From: Utricularia gibba
Lineage: Eukaryota > Plantae > Magnoliophyta
NCBI GenBank assembly: GCA_002189035.1
Contig: NEEC01000195.1
Location: 2,603-66,602 of the forward strand
Reading direction: 5' to 3'
DNA: 64,000 nt
Part shown: piece after piece, positions 38,901-50,100 of the stretch
How the letters are laid out: each line of letters begins with the position of its first letter
Numbering within the stretch: position 1 is the stretch's first letter
Notes under the pieces: model-generated
Seen by the model: the letters and a program-made list of their open reading frames with translations, nothing else
The model's database searches: none
Told to the model about the DNA's origin: nothing
Position numbers and translations under genes: made by a program

Positions 38901-41900
38901 GCAAATAAAGTGATGTATTTATTATCGTTCGGTTTTCGGGGCTGCCTACATGGTTTTTCAAGGAACCGCTTCTCGTTTTGTGGCGGCCAGTCTCGCTGGG
39001 AACTTGGTCCTTGACCCCGATTCTGTATGGCTCATGAGGTCAACTGGATGCAAATCGATTAAAAAAAATGATCATTTGTTTAAATTACGATGTCACGTGC
39101 ACCCCACATGATTTTTTTAACAACATACTTTATACTGAGGAGGCGGTCTTGGGGGCACTTGGAACCGGAAAAAGGTCAGCTTAGGCCTTGGCCCAAAGTA
39201 AGTTGTAGCCCGGCAAAGAAAGTGATGTATTTATTAACGTTCGGTTTTCGGTGTTGCCTACATGGTTTTTCAAGGAACAGCTTCTCGTTTTGTGGCGGCC
39301 AGTCTCGCTAGGAACTTGTCCGGGCCGCGATTCTTTATGGCTCATGAGGACAAAAGGATGCAAATCGATGAATACAATGTTGCATTTGTTTAAATTGCGA
39401 TATCACGTGCACCCACATGATTTTTTCAACAACTTACTTTATACTTGAGCAGGCGGTCTTTGGTGCACCTGGAACGGACAAAGGTAAGGTTTGGCTTGCA
39501 CGAGAGTTAGTTGTAGTCCGGCAAATAAAGTGATGTATTTATTATCGTTCGGTTTTCGGGGCTGCCTACATGGTTTTTCAAGGAACCGCTTCTCGTTTTG
39601 TGGCGGCCAGTCTCGCTGGGAACTTGGTCCTTGACCCCGATTCTGTATGGCTCATGAGGTCAACTGGATGCAAATCGATTAAAAAAAATGATGCATTTGT
39701 TTAAATTACGATGTCACGTGCACCCCACATGATTTTTTAACAACATACTTTATACATGAGGAGGCGGTCTTGGGGGCACTTGGAACCGGAAAAAGGTCAG
39801 CTTAGGCCTTGGCCCAAAGTAAGTTGTAGCCCGGCAAAGAAAGTGATGTATTTATTAACGTTCGGTTTTCGGTGTTGCCTACATGGTTTTTCAAGGAACA
39901 GCTTCTCGTTTTGTGGCGGCCAGTCTCGCTAGGAACTTGGTCCGGGCCCGCGATTCTTTATGGCTCATGAGGACAAAAGGATGCAAATCGATGAATACAA
40001 TGTTGCATTTGTTTAAATTGCGATATCACGTGCACCCCACATGATTTTTTCAACAACTTACTTTATACTTGAGGAGGCGGTCTTTGGGTGCACTGGAACG
40101 GAAAAAGTAAGCTTGGCTTGCCCAAAGTAGTTGTAGTCCGGCAAATAAAGTGATGTATTTATTATCGTTCGGTTTTCGGGGCTGCCTACATGGTTTTTCA
40201 AGAACCGCTTCTCGTTTTGTGGCGGCCAGTCTCGCTGGGAACTTGGTCCTTGACCCCGATTCTGTATGGCTCATGAGGTCAACTGGATGCAAATCGATTA
40301 AAAAAAATGATGCATTTGTTTAAATTACGATGTCACGTGCACCCCACATGATTTTTTTAACAACATACTTTATACATGAGGAGGCGGTCTTGGGGGGCAC
40401 TTGGAACCGGAAAAAGGTCAGCTTAGGCCTTGGCCCAAAGTAAGTTGTAGCCCGGCAAAGAAAGTGATGTATTTATTAACGTTCGGTTTTCGGTGTTGCC
40501 TACATGGTTTTTCAAGGAACAGCTTCTCGTTTTGTGGCGGCCAGTCTCGCTAGGAACTTGGTCCGGGCCCGCGATTCTTTATGGCTCATGAGGACAAAAG
40601 GATGCAAATCGATGAATACAATGTTGCATTTGTTTAAATTGCGATATCACGTGCACCCCACATGATTTTTTCAACAACTTACTTTATACTTGAGCAGGCG
40701 GTCTTTGGGTGCACTGGAACGGGACAAAGGTAAGGTTTGGCTTGCACCGAGAGTTAGTTGTAGTCCGGCAAATAAAGTGATGTATTTATTATCGTTCGGT
40801 TTTCGGGGCTGCCTACATGGTTTTTCAAGGAACCGCTTCTCGTTTTGTGGCGGCCAGTCTCGCTGGGAACTTGGTCCTTGACCCCGATTCTGTATGGCTC
40901 ATGAGGTCAACTGGATGCAAATCGATTAAAAAAAATGATCCATTTGTTTAAATTATGATGTCACGTGCACCCCACATGATTTTTTCAACAACTTACTTTA
41001 TACTTGAGAGGCGGTCTTTGGGTGCACTTGGAACCGGAAAAAGATCAGCTTAGGCCTTGGCCCAAAGTAAGTTGTAGCCCGGCAAAGAAAGTGATGTATT
41101 TATTAACGTTCGGTTTTCGGTGTTGCCTACATGGTTTTTCAAGGAACAGCTTCTCGTTTTGTGGCGGCCAGTCTCGCTGGGAACTTGGTCCTTGACCCCG
41201 ATTCTGTATGGCTCATGAGGTCAACTGATGCAAATCGATTAAAAAAAATGATGCATTTGTTTAAATTGCGATATCACGTGCACCCCACATGATTTTTTCA
41301 ACAACTTACTTTATACTTGAGAGGCGGTCTTGGGTGCACTTGGAACCGGAAAAAGATCAGCTTAGGCCTTGGCCCAAAGTAAGTTGTAGCCCGGCAAAGA
41401 AAGTGATGTATTTATTAACGTTCGGTTTTCGGTGTTGCCTACATGGTTTTTCAAGGAACAGCTTCTCGTTTTGTGGCGGCCAGTCTCGCTAGGAACTTGG
41501 TCCGGGCCGCGATTCTTTATGGCTCATGAGGACAAAAGGATGCAAATCGATGAATACAATGTTGCATTTGTTTAAATTGCGATATCACGTGCACCCCACA
41601 TGATTTTTTCAACAACTTACTTTATACTTGAGCAGGCGGTCTTTGGGTGCACCTGGAACGGACAAAGGTCAGGTTTGGCTTGCCGAGAGTTAGTTGTAGT
41701 CCGGCAAATAAAGTGATGTATTTATTATCGTTCGGTTTTCGGGGGCTGCCTACATGGTTTTTCAAGGAACCGCTTCTCGTTTTGTGGCGGCCAGTCTCGC
41801 TGGGAACTTGGTCCTTGACCCCGATTCTGTATGGCTCATGAGGTCAACTGGATGCAAATCGATTAAAAAAAATGATGCATTTGTTTAAATTACGATGTCA

Positions 41901-43446
41901 CGTGCACCCCACATGATTTTTTCAACAACTTACTTTATACTTGAGAGGCGGTCTTTGGGTGCACTTGGAACCGGAAAAAGATCAGCTTAGGCCTTGGCCC
42001 AAAGTAAGTTGTAGCCCGGCAAATAAAGTGATGTATTTATTATCGTTCGGTTTTCGGGGCTGCCTACATGGTTTTTCAAGGAACCGCTTCTCGTTTTGTG
42101 GCGGCCAGTCTCGCTGGGAACTTGGTCCTTGACCCCGATTCTGTATGGCTCATGAGGTCAACTGGATGCAAATCGATTAAAAAAAATGATGCATTTGTTT
42201 AAATTACGATGTCACGTGCACCCCACATGATTTTTTAACAACATACTTTATACATGAGGAGGCGGTCTTGGGGCACTTGGAACCGGAAAAAGGTCAGCTT
42301 AGGCCTTGGCCCAAAGTAAGTTGTAGCCCGGCAAAGAAAGTGATGTATTTATTAACGTTCGGTTTTCGGTGTTGCCTACATGGTTTTTCAAGGAACAGCT
42401 TCTCGTTTTGTGGCGGCCAGTCTCGCTAGGAACTTGGTCCGGGCCCGCGATTCTTTATGGCTCATGAGGACAAAAGGATGCAAATCGATGAATACAATGT
42501 TGCATTTGTTTAAATTGCGATATCACGTGCACCCCACATGATTTTTTCAACAACTTACTTTATACTTGAGGAGGCGGTCTTGGGGGCACTGGAACGGAAA
42601 AAGTCAGCTTAGGCTTGGCCAAAGTTAGTTGTAGTCCGGCAAATAAAGTGATGTATTTATTATCGTTCGGTTTTCGGGGGCTGCCTACATGGTTTTTCAA
42701 GGAACCGCTTCTCGTTTTGTGGCGGCCAGTCTCGCTGGAACTTGGTCCTTGACCCCGATTCTGTATGGCTCATGAGGTCAACTGGATGCAAATCGATTAA
42801 AAAAAATGATGCATTTGTTTAAATTACGATGTCACGTGCACCCCACATTTTTTTAACAACATACTTTATACATGAGAGGCGGTCTTGGGGGCACTTGGAA
42901 CCGGAAAAAGTCAGCTTAGGCCTTGGCCCAAAGTAAGTTGTAGCCCGGCAAAGAAAGTGATGTATTTATTAACGTTCGGTTTTCGGTGTTGCCTACATGG
43001 TTTTTCAAGGAACAGCTTCTCGTTTTGTGGCGGCCAGTCTCGCTAGGAACTTGGTCCGGGCCGCGATTCTTTATGGCTCATGAGGACAAAAGGATGCAAA
43101 TCGATGAATACAATGTTGCATTTGTTTAAATTGCGATATCACGTGCACCCACATGATTTTTTCAACAACTTACTTTATACTTGCAGGCGGTCTTTGGGTG
43201 CACTGGAACGGGACAAAGGTCAGGTTTGGCTTGCCGAGAGTTAGTTGTAGTCCGGCAAATAAAGTGATGTATTTATTATCGTTCGGTTTTCGGGGCTGCC
43301 TACATGGTTTTTCAGGAACCGCTTCTCGTTTTGTGGCGGCCAGTCTCGCTGGGAACTTGGTCCTTGACCCCGATTCTGTATGGCTCATGAGGTCAACTGG
43401 ATGCAAATCGATTAAAAAAATGATGCATTTGTTTAAATTATGATGT

Positions 43447-43761
43447 CACGTGCACCCCACATGATTTTTTCAACAACTTACTTTATACTTGAGAAGGCGG
43501 TCTTTGGGTGCACTTGGAACCGGAAAAAGATCAGCTTAGGCCTTGGCCCAAAGTAAGTTGTAGCCCGGCAAAGAAAGTGATGTATTTATTAACGTTCGGT
43601 TTTCGGTGTTGCCTACATGGTTTTTCAAGGAACAGCTTCTCGTTTTGTGGCGGCCAGTCTCGCTGGGAACTTGGTCCTTGACCCCGATTCTGTATGGCTC
43701 ATGAGGTCAACTGGATGCAAATCGATTAAAAAAAATGATGCATTTGTTTAAATTGCGATGT
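43447..43761. repeat. Recombinant monomer (here called C): A1 5' part, B-type 3' part, partly A-like terminus
   Basis: A1 alleles run through GAACAGC, then B alleles follow (GCTGGG, CCTTGACCCCG, CTGTAT, GGTCAACTGG, GATTAAAAAAAATGATGC), and the copy ends TTGCGATGT. It is full length (315 bp) with no obvious deletions. A similar copy lies at 40962-41274. Confidence 0.6.
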
Positions 43762-46222
43762 CACGTGCACCCACATGATTTTTTCAACAACTTACTTTAT
43801 ACTTGAGAAGGCGGTCTTTGGGTGCACTTGGAACCGGAAAAAGATCAGCTTAGGCCTTGGCCCAAAGTAAGTTGTAGCCCGGCAAAGAAAGTGATGTATT
43901 TATTAACGTTCGGTTTTCGGTGTTGCCTACATGGTTTTTCAAGGAACAGCTTCTCGTTTTGTGGCGGCCAGTCTCGCTAGGAACTTGGTCCGGGCCCGCG
44001 ATTCTTTATGGCTCATGAGGACAAAAGGATGCAAATCGATGAATACAATGTTGCATTTGTTTAAATTGCGATATCACGTGCACCCCACATGATTTTTTCA
44101 ACAACTTACTTTATACTTGAGCAGGCGGTCTTTGGGTGCACTTGGAACGGGACAAAGGTAAGGTTTGGCTTGCACCGAGAGTTAGTTGTAGTCCGGCAAA
44201 TAAAGTGATGTATTTATTATCGTTCGGTTTTCGGGGCTGCCTACATGGTTTTTCAAGGAACCGCTTCTCGTTTTGTGGCGGCCAGTCTCGCTGGGAACTT
44301 GGTCCTTGACCCCGATTCTGTATGGCTCATGAGGTCAACTGGATGCAAATCGATTAAAAAAATGATGCATTTGTTTAAATTACGATGTCACGTGCACCCC
44401 ACATGATTTTTTAACAACATACTTTATACATGAGAGGCGGTCTTGGGGGCACTTGGAACCGGAAAAAGGTCAGCTTAGGCCTTGGCCCAAAGTAAGTTGT
44501 AGCCCGGCAAAGAAAGTGATGTATTTATTAACGTTCGGTTTTCGGTGTTGCCTACATGGTTTTTCAAGGAACAGCTTCTCGTTTTGTGGCGGCCAGTCTC
44601 GCACTTGGTCCGGGCCCGCGATTCTTTATGGCTCATGAGGACAAAAGGATGCAAATCGATGAATACAATGTTGCATTTGTTTAAATTGCGATATCACGTG
44701 CACCCCACATGATTTTTTCAACAACTTACTTTATACTTGAGCAGGCGGTCTTTGGGGCACTGGAACGGAAAAAGGTTGGCTTGGCCCAAAGTAGTTGTAG
44801 TCCGGCAAATAAGTGATGTATTTATTATCGTTCGGTTTTCGGGGCTGCCTACATGGTTTTTCAAGGAACGCTTCTCGTTTGTGGCGGCCAGTCTCGCTGG
44901 GAACTTGGTCCTTGACCCCGATTCTGTATGGCTCATGAGGTCAACTGGATGCAAATCGATTAAAAAAAATGATGCATTTGTTTAAATTACGATGTCACGT
45001 GCACCCCACATGATTTTTTAACAACATACTTTATACATGAGGAGGCGGTCTGGGGGCACTTGAACCGGAAAAAGTCAGCTTAGGCCTTGGCCCAAAGTAA
45101 GTTGTAGCCCGGCAAAGAAAGTGATGTATTTATTAACGTTCGGTTTTCGGTGTTGCCTACATGGTTTTTCAAGGAACAGCTTCTCGTTTTGTGGCGGCCA
45201 GTCTCGCTAGGAACTTGGTCCGGGCCGCGATTCTTTATGGCTCATGAGGACAAAGGATGCAAATCGATGAATACAAATGTTGCATTTGTTTAAATTGCGA
45301 TATCACGTGCACCCCACATGATTTTTTCAACAACTTACTTTATACTTGAGCAGGCGGTCTTTGGGTGCACCTGGAACGGGACAAGGTAAGGTTTGGCTTG
45401 CACGAGAGTTAGTTGTAGTCCGGCAAATAAAGTGATGTATTTATTATCGTTCGGTTTTCGGGCTGCCTACATGGTTTTTCAAGGAACCGCTTCTCGTTTT
45501 GTGGCGGCCAGTCTCGCTGGGAACTTGGTCCTTGACCCCGATTCTGTATGGCTCATGAGGTCAACTGGATGCAAATCGATTAAAAAAATGATCCATTTGT
45601 TTAAATTATGATGTCACGTGCACCCCACATGATTTTTTCAACAATTACTTTATACTTGAGAAGGCGGTTTTGGGTGCACTTGGAACCGGAAAAAGATCAG
45701 CTTAGGCCTTGGCCCAAAGTAAGTTGTAGCCGGCAAAGAAAGTGATGTATTTATTAACGTTCGGTTTTCGGTGTTGCCTACATGGTTTTTCAAGGAACAG
45801 CTTCTCGTTTTGTGGCGGCCAGTCTCGCTGGAACTTGGTCCCCCCGATTCTTTATGGCTCATGAGGTCAACTGATGCAAATCGATGAAAAAATGTTGCAT
45901 TTGTTTAAATTGCGATATCACGTGCACCCACATGATTTTTTCAACAACTTACTTTATACTTGAGAGGCGGTCTTTGGGTGCACTTGGAACCGGAAAAGAT
46001 CAGCTTAGGCCTGGCCAAAGAGTTGTAGCCCGGCAAAGAAAGTGATGTATTTATTAACGTTCGGTTTTCGGTGTTGCCTACATGGTTTTTCAAGGAACGC
46101 TTCTCGTTTGTGGCGGCCAGTCTCGCTGGAACTTGGTCCTTGACCCCGATTCTGTATGGCTCATGAGGTCAACTGATGCAAATCGATTAAAAAAAATGAT
46201 GCATTTGTTTAAATTGCGATGT

Positions 46223-46536
46223 CACGTGCACCCCACATGATTTTTTCAACAACTTACTTTATACTTGAGAAGGCGGTCTTTGGGTGCACTTGGAACCGGA
46301 AAAAGATCAGCTTAGGCCTTGGCCCAAAGTAAGTTGTAGCCCGGCAAAGAAAGTGATGTATTTATTAACGTTCGGTTTTCGGTGTTGCCTACATGGTTTT
46401 TCAAGGAACAGCTTCTCGTTTTGTGGCGGCCAGTCTCGCTAGGAACTTGGTCCGGGCCCGCGATTCTTTATGGCTCATGAGGACAAAAGGATGCAAATCG
46501 ATGAATACAATGTTGCATTTGTTTAAATTGCGATAT
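46223..46536. repeat. Representative clean A-type monomer, subtype A1 (314 bp)
   Basis: Diagnostic words GAGAAGGCGG, CACTTGGAACCGGAAAAAGATCAGCTTAGGCCTTGGCCCAAAGTAAG, AAAGAAAG, TTAACG, GAACAGC, GCTAGG, CCGGGCCCGCG, GGACAAAAGG, GATGAATACAATGTTGC, TTGCGATAT. Manual count: 63 C and 77 G in 314 bp (about 45% GC). Confidence 0.95.
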
Positions 46537-46852
46537 CACGTGCACCCCACATGATTTTTTCAACAACTTACTTTATACTTGAGCAGGCGGTCTTTGGGTG
46601 CACTTGGAACGGGACAAAGGTAAGGTTTGGCTTGCACCGAGAGTTAGTTGTAGTCCGGCAAATAAAGTGATGTATTTATTATCGTTCGGTTTTCGGGGGC
46701 TGCCTACATGGTTTTTCAAGGAACCGCTTCTCGTTTTGTGGCGGCCAGTCTCGCTGGGAACTTGGTCCTTGACCCCGATTCTGTATGGCTCATGAGGTCA
46801 ACTGGATGCAAATCGATTAAAAAAAATGATGCATTTGTTTAAATTACGATGT

Positions 46853-47165
46853 CACGTGCACCCCACATGATTTTTTAACAACATACTTTATACATGAGGA
46901 GGCGGTCTTGGGGGGCACTTGGAACCGGAAAAAGGTCAGCTTAGGCCTTGGCCCAAAGTAAGTTGTAGCCCGGCAAAGAAAGTGATGTATTTATTAACGT
47001 TCGGTTTTCGGTGTTGCCTACATGGTTTTTCAAGGAACAGCTTCTCGTTTTGTGGCGGCCAGTCTCGCTAGGAACTTGGTCCGGGCCCGCGATTCTTTAT
47101 GGCTCATGAGGACAAAAGGATGCAAATCGATGAATACAATGTTGCATTTGTTTAAATTGCGATAT
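46853..47165. repeat. Representative A2 monomer (A subtype that follows B1)
   Basis: Differs from A1 only in its first ~85 bp: TTTTTTAACAACATACTTTATACATGAGGAGGCGGTCTTGGGGGGCAC...AAAAAGGTCAGC. Confidence 0.85.
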
Positions 47166-50100
47166 CACGTGCACCCCACATGATTTTTTCAACAACTTAC
47201 TTTATACTTGAGGAGGCGGTCTTGGGGGCACCTGGAACGGAAAAATCAGCTTAGGCTTGCCAAAGTAAGTTGTAGTCCGGCAAATAAAGTGATGTATTTA
47301 TTATCGTTCGGTTTTCGGGGGCTGCCTACATGGTTTTTCAAGGAACCGCTTCTCGTTTTGTGGCGGCCAGTCTCGCTGGGAACTTGGTCCTTGACCCCGA
47401 TTCTGTATGGCTCATGAGGTCAACTGGATGCAAATCGATTAAAAAAAATGATGCATTTGTTTAAATTACGATGTCACGTGCACCCCACATGATTTTTTTA
47501 ACAACATACTTTATACATGAGGAGGCGGTCTTGGGGGCACTTGGAACCGGAAAAAGGTCAGCTTAGGCCTTGGCCCAAAGTAAGTTGTAGCCCGGCAAAG
47601 AAAGTGATGTATTTATTAACGTTCGGTTTTCGGTGTTGCCTACATGGTTTTTCAAGGAACAGCTTCTCGTTTTGTGCGGCCAGTCTCGCTAGGAACTTGG
47701 TCCGGGCCGCGATTCTTTATGGCTCATGAGGACAAAAGGATGCAAATCGATGAATACAATGTTGCATTTGTTTAAATTGCGATATCACGTGCACCCCACA
47801 TGATTTTTTCAACAACTTACTTTATACTTGAGCAGGCGGTCTTTGGGTGCACCTGGAACGGGACAAAGTAGGTTTGGCTTGCGAGAGTTAGTTGTAGTCC
47901 GGCAAATAAAGTGATGTATTTATTATCGTTCGGTTTTCGGGGTGCCTACATGGTTTTTCAAGGAACCGCTTCTCGTTTTGTGGCGGCCAGTCTCGCTGGG
48001 AACTTGGTCCTTGACCCCGATTCTGTATGGCTCATGAGGTCAACTGGATGCAAATCGATTAAAAAAAATGATGCATTTGTTTAAATTATGATGTCACGTG
48101 CACCCCACATGATTTTTTCAACAACTTACTTTATACTTGAGAAGGCGGTCTTTGGGTGCACTTGGAACCGGAAAAAAGGTCAGCTTAGGCCTTGGCCCAA
48201 AGTAAGTTGTAGCCCGGCAAAGAAAGTGATGTATTTATTAACGTTCGGTTTTCGGGTTGCCTACATGGTTTTTCAAGGAACCGCTTCTCGTTTTGTGGCG
48301 GCCAGTCTCGCTGGGAACTTGGTCCTTGACCCCGATTCTGTATGGCTCATGAGGTCAACTGGATGCAAATCGATTAAAAAAATGATGCATTTGTTTAAAT
48401 TACGATATCACGTGCACCCCACATGATTTTTTCAACAACTTACTTTATACTTGAGAAGGCGGTCTTTGGGTGCACTTGGAACCGGAAAAAGATCAGCTTA
48501 GGCCTTGGCCCAAAGTAAGTTGTAGCCCGGCAAAGAAAGTGATGTATTTATTAACGTTCGGTTTTCGGTGTTGCCTACATGGTTTTTCAAGGAACAGCTT
48601 CTCGTTTTGTGGCGGCCAGTCTCGCTAGGAACTTGGTCCGGGCCCGCGATTCTTTATGGCTCATGAGGACAAAAGGATGCAAATCGATGAATACAATGTT
48701 GCATTTGTTTAAATTGCGATATCACGTGCACCCCACATGATTTTTTCAACAACTTACTTTATACTTGAGCAGGCGGTCTTTGGGTGCACCTGGAACGGGA
48801 CAAAGGTAAGGTTTGGCTTGCCCGAGAGTTAGTTGTAGTCCGGCAAATAAAGTGATGTATTTATTATCGTTCGGTTTTCGGGGGCTGCCTACATGGTTTT
48901 TCAAGGAACCGCTTCTCGTTTTGTGGCGGCCAGTCTCGCTGGGAACTTTGGTCCTTGACCCCGATTCTGTATGGCTCATGAGGTCAACTGGATGCAAATC
49001 GATTAAAAAAAATGATGCATTTGTTTAAATTACGATGTCACGTGCACCCACATGATTTTTTCAACAACTTTATACTGAGGAGGCGGTCTTGGGGGGCACT
49101 TGGAACCGGAAAAAGGTCAGCTTAGGCCTTGGCCCAAAGTAAGTTGTAGCCCGGCAAAGAAAGTGATGTATTTATTAACGTTCGGTTTTCGGTGTTGCCT
49201 ACATGGTTTTTCAAGGAACAGCTTCTCGTTTTGGCGGCCAGTCTCGCTAGGAACTTGGTCCGGGCCCGCGATTCTTTATGGCTCATGAGGACAAAAGGAT
49301 GCAAATCGATGAATACAATGTTGCATTTGTTTAAATTGCGATATCACGTGCACCCCATGATTTTTTCAACAACTTACTTTATACTGAGGAGGCGGTCTTG
49401 GGGGCACTTGGAACGGAAAAAGGTTTGGCTTGCCCAAAGTAAGTTGTAGTCCGGCAAATAAAGTGATGTATTTATTATCGTTCGGTTTTCGGGGGCTGCC
49501 TACATGGTTTTTCAAGGAACCGCTTCTCGTTTTGTGGCGGCCAGTCTCGCTGGGAACTTGGTCCTTGACCCCGATTCTGTATGGCTCATGAGGTCAACTG
49601 GATGCAAATCGATTAAAAAAAATGATGCATTTGTTTAAATTACGATGTCACGTGCACCCCACATGATTTTTTAACAACATACTTTATACTGAGGAGGCGG
49701 TCTTGGGGGGCACTTGGAACCGGAAAAGGTCAGCTTAGGCCTTGGCCCAAAGTAAGTTGTAGCCCGGCAAAGAAAGTGATGTATTTATTAACGTTCGGTT
49801 TTCGGTGTTGCCTACATGGTTTTTCAAGGAACAGCTTCTCGTTTTGTGGCGGCCAGTCTCGCTAGGAACTTGGTCCGGGCCCGCGATTCTTTATGGCTCA
49901 TGAGGACAAAAGGATGCAAATCGATGAATACAATGTTGCATTTGTTTAAATTGCGATATCACGTGCACCCCACATGATTTTTTCAACAACTTACTTTATA
50001 CTTGAGCAGGCGGTCTTTGGGTGCACCTGGAACGGGACAAAGGTAGGTTTGGCTTGCCGAGAGTTAGTTGTAGTCCGGCAAATAAAGTGATGTATTTATT

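Noticed and set aside
46318-46400. Spliced-leader RNA or snRNA gene array (GTAAGT donor-like word in A, AAG/GTAAGG in B)
   Set aside because: No Sm-site consensus (AU4-6G) lies at a suitable distance downstream, there is no convincing match to SL exons I know, and the donor-like words sit at different offsets in A and B. Trans-spliced 5' tags in RNA-seq would be needed to revive this idea.
46223-46852. 10-bp phased A/T tracts (intrinsic curvature)
   Set aside because: A and T runs are frequent, but I could not establish a regular ~10.5-bp phasing by eye; a Fourier or curvature calculation is needed.
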